NCBI RefSeq assembly: GCF_963506605.1
Contig: NC_083285.1
Span: 70,618,001-70,682,000 of the forward strand
Origin: Zootoca vivipara
Lineage: Eukaryota
Direction of reading: 5' to 3'
Length of the DNA stretch: 64,000 bases
Shown piece after piece: positions 24,071 to 36,421 of this stretch. Under the pieces are notes generated by a model. The model ran no database searches. It had not been told where the DNA came from and was given only the letters and a program-made list of their open reading frames with translations. Position numbers and translations under genes: made by a program. How positions within the stretch are numbered: the stretch's first letter is position 1; each line of letters opens with the position of its first letter.

Positions 24071-25599
24071 AGAGCCCTTAATGGCTGGACCTCCTCCATG
24101 GAAGAAGACTCTCTTCCTCTCTGGTCCAGGCACAGCCCAGGACACTGGCAGCCTCCCAAAAGCTGTGCCCTTCCACATCTCCTGCATTGGCTACTGCTTC
24201 CACATTCTTACTAGCCGCGCTCACTAGAGTGCATGTCGGGGTCTCCCACCGGGAAGGATCTCCCCTTTTCTGTCCTAACTGCCTACAACTTTTGTGGCTG
24301 GCAGGTGAGAGACAGAATTTTAATTCCCCCATAGCTCTTCCTTGCTTTCTCACCTGGCTTAACAACATCCACACAAGAGCTCCAATGGAGAAAATTAGTC
24401 TCAAAGGCAATATAAATCTCGCCAGGAGACTCAATAGCTCTGAGGTTGCTGCTGGCCTCCTGCCCCCTCCCTACCAGCAATTAAGGGTGTCCCAATTAAA
24501 GGACACCACCCATTGTGCTTGGCTCTAGCATACCTGCAAAGAAGTCCTACCCCCGTGGGACATTTTGATCCACTGCAGCTGCAGCCTTCCTCTCTGTGGA
24601 TTCTCGGTGCACAGATATCCCCATGGTCAACACACAAGGTATCATTTGCTCCCCTACAAGGAAAGACAGACAGCCACCCACAAGGCTGGCAGCAGAGAAG
24701 TTTGCTCAGAACATGGGCCCTGGTGTCACAATGAGATCTTCAAGGTCCTTTCTTGGTGTCACATTTGGAGAAGAGATTTTGCCTAAGCTGCCTCCTCGGA
24801 ACTGGTTGTATTCAGAACTCCAAGTGGTGGGAAATTAGGGCCTTAATGAATCTTCTTTCCAGGGTAAACTGAAGGTCAAGGTCTCCATTCGCAAGGTGAG
24901 GAGGAGGAGGAATCCAAAGCTGCCATTTCCCCACCTTCCAAATGCCTGGAGTCTTCTTTGATTGAGGGCAATGCAAGGAAGGGATTAGCATGAAATGAGA
25001 AGGGAGAGGGAAGTGGAAGAGGGACGGGAGCTCATGGTCAGAGCAGCTGCATTGCAAGCACAAGGTCCTTGGGTCAATCTTTTGGGCATCTCCAATTTGA
25101 AGAATCCCTGAGAGCTGCTGCCAGTCAGAGTCAGTTGTGCAGCTCGGGCTGGACTATGGAGCCACAGGGACTCCCAAATGACCACCCCGAGAGTGGTAGT
25201 TGATGGGGGCACCAGCAAACAAGCCCCTCCTGGTCCCTGCAGCATCCTTTCATCTTATTTGCTCTTTTTAAATTCATACTTAGCAGCTAAGCATATGCAA
25301 ATACTCAATAACAAAATGAGCATAATAGAGCTTTAAGCCTAAGGTGTCAATGTGGTCATTTTTTTAAAAAAAATCTTTTTTATTCAGTTTTACATTGCAA
25401 ATTTAAATTCAAGCATTAAACATCAACATCGTCATTTAGGATTCCTTGAATCCTTCGACTCCCCTCCTGCCATTCCAAGAGGGATAGCAGACAGGGCTGC
25501 TTGAAAAGACAAAGTAAGAGTGTGTGTGTTTATCCAGGCAGGCCTGGAGCTGAGCATCTCCCAGATTAAGTCTTCCATGTGGCCCAGGAGGACTCTGCA

Positions 25600-26920
25600 T
25601 CATTAAGCAAACAGTCTGTGAGCACCTAGAAAGAAACTCTGTGATCACTAAAAGTCAGCATGGGTTCCTGAAAAATAAGTCATGTCAGACTAATCTGATC
25701 TCATTTTTTGACAGAATTACAAGCCTGGTAGATGAAGGGAACGTTGTGGATGTAGCCTATCTTGATTTCAGCAAGGCCTTTGACAAGGTGCCCCATGATA
25801 TTCTTGTAAAGAAGCTGGTAAAATGTGGGCTAGACAATGCTACCATTCAGTGGATTTGTAACTGGCTTACTGACCGAACCCAAAGGGTGCTCATCAATGG
25901 CTCCTCCTCATCCTGGAGAGTAGTGACTAGTGGGGTGCCACAGGGTTCTGTCTTGGGCCCAGTCCTGTTCAACATCTTTATCAATGACTTGGATGATGGG
26001 CTTGAGGGCATCCTGAGCAAGTTTGCAGATGACACCAAATTGGGAGGGGTGGCTAACACCCCAGAGGACAGGATCACACTTCAGAATGACCTTAACAGAT
26101 TAGACAACTGGGCCAAAGCAAACAAGATGAATTTTAACAAAGAGAAATGTAAAGTACTACACTTGGGCAAAAAAAATGAAAGGCACAAATACAGGATGGG
26201 AGACACCTGGCTTGAGAGCAGTACATGTGAAAAGGATCTAGGAGTCTTGGTAGACCACAAACTTGACATGAGTCAGCAGTGTGATGCAGCAGCTAAAAAA
26301 GCCAATGCAATTCTGGGCTGCATCAATAGGAGTATAGCATCTAGATCAAGGGAAGTAATAGTACCACTGTATTCTGCTCTGGTCAGACCTCACCTGGAGT
26401 ACTGTGTCCAGTTCTGGGCACCACAGTTCAAGAAGGATACTGATAAGCTGGAACGTGTCCAGAAGAGGGCAACCAAAATGGTCAAAGGCCTGGAAACGAT
26501 GCCTTATGAGGAACGGCTTAGGGAGCTGGGTATGTTTAGCCTGGAGAAGAGAAGGTTAAGGGGTGATATGATAACCATGTTCAAATATATAAAAGGATGT
26601 CATATAGAGGAGGGAGAAAGGTTGTTTTCTGCTGCTCCAGAGAAGCGGACACGGAGCAACGGATTCAAACTACAAGAAAGAAAATTCCACCTAAACATTA
26701 GGAAGAACTTCCTGACAGTAAGAGCTGTTCGGCAGTGGAATTTGCTGCCAAGGAGTGTGGTGGAGTCTCCTTCTTTGGAGGTCTTTAAGCAGAGGCTTGA
26801 CAGCCATCTGTCAGGAATGCTTTGATGGTGTTTCCTGCTTGGCAGGGGGTTGGACTGGATGGCCCTTGTGGTCTCTTCCAACTCTATGATTCTATGATTC
26901 TATGATTCTATGATTCTATG
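25600..26920 (+). mobile_element. CR1 LINE, 5'-truncated, open RT frame 25641-26825
   Basis: [19 protein letters not shown] and FADD motifs; (ATTCTATG)n tail. Confidence 0.97.
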
Positions 26921-27711
26921 CTTCTCAATGTTCACAGTGAGTCAAAATGACACCCAATGTGTGGCTTCCCCCTAATTTCCCGCGCGGCTTGCAGAGGAAA
27001 GGCAGCTGCCAGGAGCAGGGCTAGCTCAATGCATTTGGCTGCCAGATGCAAACCAGAAAATGGTCTCCCTCCTGCCATTCGACCTGACAAGAAGATAGAA
27101 CAGCCAATGGGAAAATACTACCACCCACTATGGACATAGATGCACACTCTTAATCATTTTTAATGTATTTGTCCAATGTTGTCCAGTGATATTGACAACA
27201 GAGGCCTGGATCCAATGACTTTCAACCCTAAGATGCTCCGATTCTAATTGGAGCAAGCGCCCCAGATCTTTGCAATTTAACTGTGCAGTTTGCAGAGATT
27301 GTAATAGTGAGGATTTTTACTTGGGGGGGGGGCATTTAAGTCCAATGGAACTTATTCTCGGGAAACAGCATTGGATTTGTTTGTTTGTAGGGGTTAAGAA
27401 AACCCCTCAACCTCACCCCCTCCCCTCAACTGAGTCTTCGGTCCTGAAACAAAAATCATTGAAATTGACGATATAAAAAACACAAAACTGAACTTAACTG
27501 CCGGGTTCCGTTTACGTGACTGTAGTCTGAAAGCACCTCTAAGGCTGTGATCCTAGGCACAGTTAACATGCGAGTAAGACCGATTCAACAGAATGGGGCT
27601 CACCCCTGAGTCCATTCACACCGGGGTTCGTACTGAACTTTCTAGTGAAAGGTTGGCATGCTTAATTATTCTGCTGAAATCAGTGGGAGTTGAAATGGTC
27701 TAATTGATATC

Positions 27712-28280
27712 TGTCATAGTCCTGTTGCCAAACAACAGCACGCAGAGCTTGGAGGAGTGTGTGGCCAAAACTAAAAAATTAAAAAACCAGAAGAGAAGAG
27801 ACTCTGAGTTATGCTTGGCATACAAAGCCAAGTCTGTCCTGAGGGTCAGGCAAACAGCAATCTACAGAGTCAGGCGATCCAGAGGTCAGGGATGACCATG
27901 CAGCCACGGGTCCAGACCAAGACCAGGATTCAGCAAGGTACGGCCAGGAACCACAGACACTGTTTCCAGCGTCTAAGTCAGGCATAGGCAAACTCTGGCC
28001 CTCCAGAGGTTTGGGACTACAATTCCCATCATCCCTAGCTAACAGGACCAGTGGTCAGGGATGGAATTTGTAATCCCAAACATCTGGAGGGCCGGACTTT
28101 GCCTATGCCAGATGTAAGTGCTTCTGGAAGTTCTGCTTAAGAAGGCTGAAGCCGGCTGGTTCTCATCACTGCCTTCTCCTCTGTGACATGAAAGGCTGAT
28201 CAGATGCAGGTGGGCTCACTCCGCCATCTCCCCCTCCAGGCTGCTGTTCAGCAGGTGAAGCGGACTCCTGGCCCAGGACA
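27712..28280. mobile_element. Solo LTR
   Basis: TGTC...GACA termini with 5-bp TSD ATATC. Confidence 0.65.
27979..28111. mobile_element. hAT-type MITE nested in the solo LTR
   Basis: Palindromic CAGGCATAGGCAAA...TTTGCCTATGCCAG; degenerate 8-bp TSD. Confidence 0.8.
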
Positions 28281-28439
28281 ATATCAGAGTCACGCCCCTT
28301 CCCTCCCATCCTCACCCCTAATAGGTTTTAGACTTGGAAAAGGACGCCGGGATGGTTCAAGGCAACCCAAATGCACCTCCTTGTTTTGGGCGGAGATAAG
28401 AGACTTGTGTGTGGATTTAGGATTTTACCAAAATGGTGC

Positions 28440-29105
28440 ATTTTATTTTATTTTATTTTATTTTCCTGATCTACAGAAATATATGCAATGTCTCTCGTAA
28501 CATTTGTACAAATCGGATTCATTTGTTGAGACATTGGGAAGAAAGATGGGCATAGAAGTAGATGGGGGGACATGGGGGGTCAGGTGACGATGTTTCTATT
28601 TTACTTAATATATGTTGGGGGGGTTGTCAGCGTCGCTTGTGCAGGTTCTCTGTTGTTCCCTTGTGTTCCTTTGGTGGTGAGAGAGGTTGGGGTCGGCCTA
28701 TAGTTTGGTTGTTCATTTGTGGTTGGCTGTGGTGGTCTTTGTTTTGTGTGTGAGTGGGGTGGGTGGGTGTTTTGTATCAGCTTAGCCATATTGATTTGTA
28801 TGCTGTTGGTGGATTTTTGTCATTATCTTGTTGGGCTGTGTATGTGATAAAGGGGAGCCATACCGGGCCGTCTTCTTCTATTCGTCCCCGTGTCAGTTTC
28901 AGCTTATTGGTTAATTTTCCTAGTAGGGCTGTTTCCCATACTATTGGGAACCATTGGTCCATGCTTCCTCCTGACAGGTCTTTCCAGAATCTGGTTATGG
29001 TGCTTCTGGTTGCGGAGAGGAAGTCGGCTATGAGTTCATTATAGTGTACTTGGGCATTATTGTCTTGGAAAATGTTTAGTAAGGCCAATTCTGCGGTCAT
29101 TCCTC
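28440..29105 (-). mobile_element. L1-clade LINE 3' end
   Basis: ORF2 C-terminal-like peptide (28777-29100) and A-rich tail; aaaatggtgcattt flanks both sides. Confidence 0.75.
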
Positions 29106-29353
29106 ATGTTTGCTTGGTCCAAAATGGTGCATTTGAGGAGACACTTGAAGGGGAAAAGAAGGTATTCTTGCCTCTTGGTCTTTTTTTAAATAAACCCCGG
29201 GGAAAGCAAGTGAGAATGGAGGGGGGCGGAATCTTCTCCTGAATTGAACTTGATAGTACAGATATCTCACTATAGCAGGGTGACCCCTGAAGCCTTTTAA
29301 CTTCCCTCAAATGCCACATTTTTCTCTCCTCAGATCCTCCTCTTTCCTTCCTC

Positions 29354-30289
29354 ATGGACACAGAGAATCAAACGCAGGTGGGAGAGTTTATCTTCTTGGG
29401 TCTCTCCAGAGCCCCAGGTGACCAAGTCTCCCTCTTCTTGGTCTTCCTAGCTGCCTATTTGGCCATCATCACGGGCAACCTCATGATATTAATCGTGGTT
29501 TCGATGGATTCCCGCCTTCACAGCCCCATGTACTTCTTCCTCAGCCACCTGTCTTGCTTGGACATTTGTGTTTCTTCTGTCGTCGTTCCAAAGATCCTGG
29601 TGAACTTCCTGTGCCAGAGTCACACCATCTCCTACAACCAGTGCATGGCACAAGCTTTCTTTCTGATGGGCTTTGTTGGGTGTGAGCCAGCCCTGTTGGC
29701 CGTCATGGCCTATGACCGCTATGCCGCCATTTGCCAGCCGTTACACTACAACCATCTTATGAGGAACAGGCTCTGCATCCATCTCGCTGTGGCCTCCTGG
29801 GTCTGGGGCTTCCTGGACTCAGCGATTCACACTGCCCTGGCCTCCAAGCTTCACTTCTGTGGAGCCAACCAGATTCCGCAAATCTTTTGTGATGTGCCCC
29901 CGCTGTTGAAAATCGCCTGCAGTGATACGAGCATCAATGAATTGGCCACTCACATCACCAGCCTCTTTGTGGGCCTGGGTCCCTTCCTCTTCATCATCTT
30001 CTCCTATTTCTACATCTTGGCCTCCATCCTGAGGATTCGCTCCAACACTGGCAGGAAGAAAGCCTTTTCCACCTGTGCCTCACACTTGGTTGTGGTCACC
30101 CTCTGCGTAGGAAACGGATTCCTAAACTACAACCGCCCAAGTGCTGGCTACTCTCTGGAGATAGACACAGTGATCTCTGCGATGTTCTGCATCGTCACCC
30201 CCACGCTGAACCCCCTCATCTATAGCCTCCGCAACAAGGAGGTGAAGGAAGCCCTGAGGAAGGTTCTGAACTGCCGGAGGACAGTTTGA
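29354..30289 (+). CDS. Olfactory receptor OR5, 311 aa
   Basis: MDTENQT start, OR motifs, acceptor tttctctcctcag ending at 29333. Confidence 0.97.
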   Translation: MDTENQTQVGEFIFLGLSRAPGDQVSLFLVFLAAYLAIITGNLMILIVVSMDSRLHSPMYFFLSHLSCLDICVSSVVVPKILVNFLCQSHTISYNQCMAQAFFLMGFVGCEPALLAVMAYDRYAAICQPLHYNHLMRNRLCIHLAVASWVWGFLDSAIHTALASKLHFCGANQIPQIFCDVPPLLKIACSDTSINELATHITSLFVGLGPFLFIIFSYFYILASILRIRSNTGRKKAFSTCASHLVVVTLCVGNGFLNYNRPSAGYSLEIDTVISAMFCIVTPTLNPLIYSLRNKEVKEALRKVLNCRRTV

Positions 30290-31229
30290 ATCTCATTTCT
30301 GGCTGTCTATAGGGCAGGGCCTCACTGGAACATGTTTTCTGGGAACAGCGAAACTGATGAGTGGGAATTAACGAAGAGGGAGAAACTATAGACAAAGTCA
30401 CTGACAAATCCAATGAGAGAGACTTTCCTTATTATTATGGTTGGATAACACCTTCCAAGGCATTTCTATAATGGCAGGGTGGTACGAGAGGGAGGAAGAG
30501 TAGGTGGCATTTGCTTCCAGTTCAAGGCTAAGAAATCTCATCTAACAGCTCTCTGGTTACAGTGTTTGGAGTGGGGCAATGGTAGTATCTTGACACCAGG
30601 TACATTTCCCCCACTGGCTCCATTCTTTTGTTAGCTCTTTGAGAGATAGAACATAGGAAGAAGATAGGAAAAAGGGGTGCTTGTTGGAGTCTCCAGTAGG
30701 AGGCAGCAGAGGGCAGCTTTGGTGGCTCTGCGGCTTCAAGCCAATAGGAATTCCTAGGGTAGCTCTAGGCTTTCCTTCCTAGGTAAATTTCAGCAATAGT
30801 GATTTCAGCCAGCAGTGCTTTTTCCCATGAAGCATCTTAGAAATACAATATAATTCCCAAAATCCGAACTGTGTTTCTCCCCTACAGCCTGCAAGCCTGC
30901 ATTCCAGCCTCCATTGGTTGTGCAGCTCTTGGAGACCCATTTATGTCCTTTTTGTTCTCTGCGGCATTCATAGAAACAGCCACTGTGCTTTCAAGACGGC
31001 GGATTTGCAACTCCATAGCCTTATCACATGATCAAATGTTACACACAGTTTAGAGTAAAACAACCAACAGGTAATTATTAGCACATTTAGCACGTTTAAA
31101 TTAACTTTTTCAAGTTGATCTATGGTCAGAATAAAATAATCAAAAAGAATCATATAAAGAGTTAGAAACGAGATAAAAAGGAAGCAGATTACTATTAAAT
31201 AGTTTAAAAACACTTTTGTTAAAAAAACA

Positions 31230-31780
31230 ACCCAAAAGCTTTCTTATTGGGTATAGTGGGTAGAGAGATATTGAGACAAGGGGAAAAAAATGTTCTTCTA
31301 TGCAACAAAAAATTGTTCTTCTATGCAACAACTGCGGCAAGAATTTTGTTAGCCCAAAGATGGAAACAACAGGAGTTACCAACAAAAGAAGAGTGGGAGA
31401 TGAAGCTGATGGACTTTGCTGAACTGGCAAAACCTACGGGAAGAATCTGGAACCAGCGAGACCAAGCATTCCAAAAGGACTGGAACAAATTTATATTATA
31501 CTTGAAAGACAACTATAAGCAATTAACATCATTACCAGGGCTATCTGAAGATTTGTAAGATAATATTGCTGCCTATACAGGTTGAGTAATGTAATATTTT
31601 AGGTAATGATATAACAATGACAGGAAATAGAGCTAAATGTAAAGATGTAAAATTTAAAGTTTGTAAACCATCAGACGGGAGGGAGGGAAGTCGTTAGGCT
31701 CAGTTGAGCCAAAGAGATAAAATAAGAGGGTACAATGTTACGTAATGTGATTATATGTAAAACCAATAAAAGTCATATAT
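31230..31780 (+). mobile_element. L1-clade LINE 3' end (related copies 41220-41830 and 57040-57490)
   Basis: AARILLAQRWK...EEWEMKL peptide. Confidence 0.75.
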
Positions 31781-31941
31781 AAGACAACTGGGCGTATAAG
31801 ACGACCCCCAACTTTTCCAGTTGAAATATAGAGTTTGGGATGTACTCGCCGTATCAGAAATACAACCCAGCGTATAAGATGACCCCCGACTTTTGAGAAA
31901 ATTTTCCTGGGTTAAAAAGTAGTCTTATACGCAGGAATATA

Positions 31942-31944
<3 letters not shown>
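31780..31944. mobile_element. Tc1/mariner-pogo-type MITE fragment (similar at 47922-48050)
   Basis: Repeated GTATAAGACGACCC motif. Confidence 0.6.

Positions 31945-31989
<45 letters not shown>
31944..31989. repeat. (TG)n microsatellite
   Basis: Direct reading. Confidence 0.95.
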
Positions 31990-31991
<2 letters not shown>

Positions 31992-32303
31992 GTGTGTAAA
32001 CGTACAACCTGAATAGGCTGGTGTGTCACTCAATCTCCTCTCCCAAAATAGCAGCAGTCTGGAAGCCACCTCAGTTCTAAAGCGGCTTGTCTACAGTTCT
32101 CTTGTCTTCACTCTCACACCCTGTAATGACTCTTTAATCACGTTGTGACTTTTTTAAAAGTTTCCATCAAAATTCACCATTATTTTAGTACCCCTAATAG
32201 ACACAGTTTGGTGTGCGGTTTGCTTAATATGCACATTTTTGCAAGACCATGTCCCCTAAAACAGCACTTTTCTTGTATGTCACCCTGGGCAACATATTCC
32301 ATA

Positions 32304-32422
32304 CTGGCTACTCTCTGGAGATCGACACACTGATCTCCACAATGTATTGCATCATCACCCCCCACAATAAGGAGGTGAAGGAAGCCCTGAGGAAGGTTCT
32401 GAACTGCCGGAGGACAGTTTGA
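32304..32422 (+). pseudogene. OR relic: 3' end of an OR5-like paralog
   Basis: GYSLEIDTLISTMYCIITP...[17 protein letters not shown] with the LNPLIYSLR codons deleted; the following ~100 bp match the OR5 3' flank. Confidence 0.9.
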
Positions 32423-32525
32423 ATCTCATTTCTGGCTGTCTATAGGGCAAGGTCTCACTGGAACATGTCTGCTGGGAACAGCAAATTGATGAGTGGGAAT
32501 TAACGAAGAGGGAGAGACTATAGGC

Positions 32526-32817
32526 CAGTGTTTCTCAACCACTGTTCCGCGGCACACTAGTGTGCCGCGAGACGCTGGCTGGTGTTCCGCGACGTGCGGC
32601 GACAAGAAGGGCGATTTGCATTGTCATGTGCCTGGCGGCCGCCAATATACAACACTTACCCACCGGAAAGCAATATTTGGCAAGTGTTTCTTACAGTCAT
32701 AATTATAATATAGGGCGGCACAGAGTTAAATTTTTTAACTTTTTTAATGGTGGTGTGCCTCGTGATTTTTTTCACGGAACAAGTGTGCCGTGGCCCAAAA
32801 AAGGTTGAGAAACACTG
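32526..32817. mobile_element. Non-autonomous hAT element
   Basis: 15-bp TIR CAGTGTTTCTCAACC and perfect 8-bp TSD CTATAGGC. Confidence 0.93.
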
Positions 32818-32904
32818 CTATAGGCAAAGTCACTGTCAGGGATTGGACTCAAGAGGGCAAGGGGAAGATGGCATGGTGGAGACCACCACCTCCTTATCCT
32901 GATG

Positions 32905-33274
32905 CTGTGGTGCCCAGAACTGGACACAGTACTCCAGGTGAGGTCTGACCAGAGCAGAATACAGTGGTACTATTACTTTCCTTGATCTAGATGCTATACT
33001 CCTATTGATGCAGCCCAGGAATTGCATTGGCTTTTTTAGCTGCTGCATCACACTGTTGACTCATGTCAAGTTGGTGGTCTACCAAGACTCCTAGATCCTT
33101 TTCACATGTACTGCTCTCAAGCCAGGTGTCACCCATCCTGTATTTGTGCCTTTCATTTTTTTTTGCCCAAGTGTAGTACTTTACATTTCTCCCTGTTAAA
33201 ATTCATCTTGTTTGCTTTGGCCCAGTTGTCTAATCTGTTAAGGTCATTTTGAAGTGTGATCCTGTCCTCTGGGG
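32905..33274 (-). mobile_element. CR1 internal fragment
   Basis: Matches the 25.6 kb CR1. Confidence 0.9.
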
Positions 33275-33276
33275 TA

Positions 33277-33448
33277 CAGTCATACCTCAATTTAAGTATG
33301 CCTCAGTATAAGTATTTTCAGTTTAAGTATTCCGCGGACCCGTCTAGAACGGATTAATCCACTTTCCATTACTTTCAGTGGGAAAGTTCGCTTCAGGTTA
33401 AGTACAGACTTCCGGAACCAATTGTGTTTGTAAACCGAGGTACCACTG
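33277..33448. mobile_element. Tc1/mariner MITE
   Basis: TA|CAGTCATACCTC...GAGGTACCACTG|TA. Confidence 0.8.
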
Positions 33449-35145
33449 TATTAGCCTGTTTTCTTTGAAGTTTTCCTCTCCTGCCTCACTCCCTGCAGAT
33501 TTCCTCTGCAGGTGCGTCCCCAGGGCCCCTGCCTCACAACATATCCTCACCTGCCGAGACACTTCTGTCCCCATGCAACTGCAGAAACTTTGGAGCTGCT
33601 GCAGACTCTCAAAAGGGAAACGCCGGCAGCCTTCTTCCCAAAACTGGGGATAATGCTTGTGGGGGCAGGTGCGCAACCAGCTCACCTGGGCTGGGTGCAA
33701 AGCTGGCATTTCTAGTTAACTCCTCACCAGGTAGTCTTGGGAATAAGCCCTGAGATGGACTGACAACGATGCTGAACTACTGAAGGTTCTGTGGGCATCG
33801 AGGCAGATTATGAGAAGACGCAATAGGCAAGATCTGTTGGGGACGTTTGGAGCTGAGAGCGACCTTCTACAGAGTCAGACCGCTGGTCTTCTCCAGGGCA
33901 GAGCAGCACTGCAGGTTTTTGAGCAACCTTAAGTGAAGATGCTCTGCACTGAAAGTGACCATCGGAAGTCTTCCCTTCACTGGTCTCGGCACCATTAGCC
34001 CTTCCTAACGGGGAGCAACAGGACTTGGGTTCAAGGAAGGAACAAAAAGGCAAGAAAGGAGATGTCTCTCAGTGGGGCCTGATGAGGAGGTGAAGCTTTG
34101 CAAAGGGGATGGGAATGGGTTGTGAAATACCTGTTTGAACCTAAGGAATACGGTGAGGTGACTGGACCTTATTAAGGGAGGGGTGAATTGCCATGCTAAA
34201 AGACCTAACGGTAAGGTTATTTGCCATACTTCCGATCTGCAGCATTTTCAGTAGCAGATGATGGGGAAACATGAACATCCAACATGCTAAGCTTGCTAGA
34301 AGACCGTGTTGTCCTCTCTGACACTTAGGTGGGCTGGATGCCGTGGTTTCTTTCTCTCTGACCTGGCTTAAATTTTATTGCATTTAGACAATTCATAAAG
34401 TTATTCAAATATTTGATCATTGAACTCAAATCAAGGAGGTTCATGCAATCTCTCTCAGAGTTTATTAAGCCCAACCTCTGCATGTTCTCTCTGTGTTATT
34501 TATTATTATTATTATTTACCTAATGACAGAACAGAAGTCATTAGCAAGTGCTGCTGGTTTGGGAGGTGTCCCAAGACATCCGCAAGCAAGGCGGTGGCCT
34601 TTCAACTGACCTGCCTGTTTCTCTCTTCATGGAGGTTCCCCCTGAAGGACCGGCAGAGAGATGGGTGACGCTCTCAGATGTGGTGTCTCTCCATTTCTCC
34701 TCTTCCCAGTCTTAAGTTGAGTCCCCCACATCAGTTTGCAAATTGCCCTTGTGAGAATTTATCAACATTTTACAATGAATTTATTCTAAAACATATTTGC
34801 GTATGCCGTTATGCCTAATGCACACCTTTTGCAATGCAATTTCCCTTCCTTCATTTAACCTGCTTTTGTATGCTGCTTTCACTAATATATGCATTTGTAT
34901 GCAGAATTTGTCCATTTTTGTACACATTACTTGGCTGGAGAGCTGTTGAATTTTGAGCTGAGGATGACCATGTTTCAATCTGTGTCTTGTTTTGGAAAGC
35001 GACAAGCTTTTAAATGCAAAGAGAATCAGATTTATCCCCACCCCCAGCAAAGGATAGTTGGTGTTCCTCATTGTTGATTATGCATCCTTAGCTGAATCCA
35101 GGGACAGGCAAAATGTATTTCTTCTACAGGTTCTTGTCCTTGCAG

Positions 35146-36099
35146 GTAAATTCCATATCCTCAGTGGAAGCCAACAACCAGACCACGCAGGTAATGGAAT
35201 TTGTCCTCCTGGGTTTCTCCAGCATGCTAGATGGCCAAAGATACCTCTTCTTGGCATATTTCTCCATCTACTTGGTGACCCTCACGGGTAATGTTATGAT
35301 CTTCACCCTGATTCAGCTGGATTCCCATCTCCACAGCCCCATGTACTTTTTCCTCAGCCACCTGTCCTGCTTAGATGTTTGCCTCTCGTCTGTCACGCTC
35401 CCCAAGATCCTGGTGAATCTTTTACACCGGCAACACACCATCTCCTACAATGAGTGCATGGCCCAGATGTTCTTCCTGATGTCCTTCACAGGGGCAGAAG
35501 CCGTGCTTCTGGCTGCCATGGCTTATGATCGCTACGTCGCCATCTGCAGGCCTTTGTACTACTCGGGCATCATGAACGCCAAGGCTTGCGCCCAGCTGGC
35601 CACTACCGCGTGGGTTTGGGGCTTCCTCCATTCTGCTCTTCACACCGCTCTTAGCTCCAACTTGCACTTCTGTGGGCACAACCAGATCGGGCACATTTTC
35701 TGCGACATTCCCCCATTGTTGAAAATTGCCTGTGGAGACCTGTACATGAATTTCATGGCGACTCAGGTAGCCAGCATTTTTATAGGGCTAGTCCCCTTCC
35801 TGGCCATTGGCCTCTCCTACTTCTACATCCTCTCCTCTGTCTTGCGGATCCCGTCCAATGCTGGCAGGCAGAAAGCTCTTTCCACTTGCGCCTCTCACGT
35901 GATCGTGGTCACCCTTTATTTTGGGAATGGGTTGGTTAACTACAACCAATTTGGACAGGGCTACTCCTTGGAGATAGACACTCTGATCTCCACGATGTAC
36001 TGCATCGTCCCCCCTGCGTTGAACCCCCTGATCTACAGCCTCCGCAACAAGGAGGTCAAGGGAGCCCTGGGGAAGCTCCTGGAAAAACAGAGGAAGTGA
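35146..36099 (+). CDS. Olfactory receptor OR6, start codon uncertain
   Basis: Open frame with OR motifs. The homologous ATG position is GTG (35164), the next ATG is at 35194, and acceptors end at 35129 and 35145. Confidence 0.9.
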   Translation, partial: VNSISSVEANNQTTQVMEFVLLGFSSMLDGQRYLFLAYFSIYLVTLTGNVMIFTLIQLDSHLHSPMYFFLSHLSCLDVCLSSVTLPKILVNLLHRQHTISYNECMAQMFFLMSFTGAEAVLLAAMAYDRYVAICRPLYYSGIMNAKACAQLATTAWVWGFLHSALHTALSSNLHFCGHNQIGHIFCDIPPLLKIACGDLYMNFMATQVASIFIGLVPFLAIGLSYFYILSSVLRIPSNAGRQKALSTCASHVIVVTLYFGNGLVNYNQFGQGYSLEIDTLISTMYCIVPPALNPLIYSLRNKEVKGALGKLLEKQRK

Positions 36100-36378
36100 G
36101 GCCAGAAATGAGACTCTCGGAGTTCCCTGGCTGGTTAAGACTTGCAGGCATGCTTGGATGGTAGCAAGCTGTGGGATGGAGATCAAGGCAGACCCACCCA
36201 CCATAGCAGGTGCCACGGTAGCCCTGCCAGAGCCAAGGCATACCCCTGGCATTTGCCTGGCCACGATGGCCATCACAGAGGGTAGCCCTGCTCCCTTCAT
36301 GGCACAAATGTTGAATAATTCCCCCATCTTGTCTTTTGGGTGGAACAGCAGGAGTGGAACTGTTTGTTTGTAAGTGAG

Positions 36379-36421
36379 TGAATGAATGAATGAATGAATG
36401 AATGAATGAATGAATGAATGA
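36379..36421. repeat. (TGAA)n microsatellite
   Basis: Direct reading. Confidence 0.95.

Noticed and set aside
25641-26825. 394-aa reverse transcriptase ORF as a host gene or retron-like system
   Set aside because: 5'-truncated CR1 with its typical tail and several copies in the window.
26884-26920. Short tandem octamers as a CRISPR-like array
   Set aside because: CR1 3' tail (ATTCTATG)n with no spacers, in eukaryotic DNA.
34680-35045. Recurring degenerate AT-rich block (also ~37.5, 39.1, 40.2, 46.5, 53.9 and 55.1 kb) as an OR enhancer
   Set aside because: Scattered without a fixed position relative to the genes; more likely an old interspersed repeat that I cannot name.
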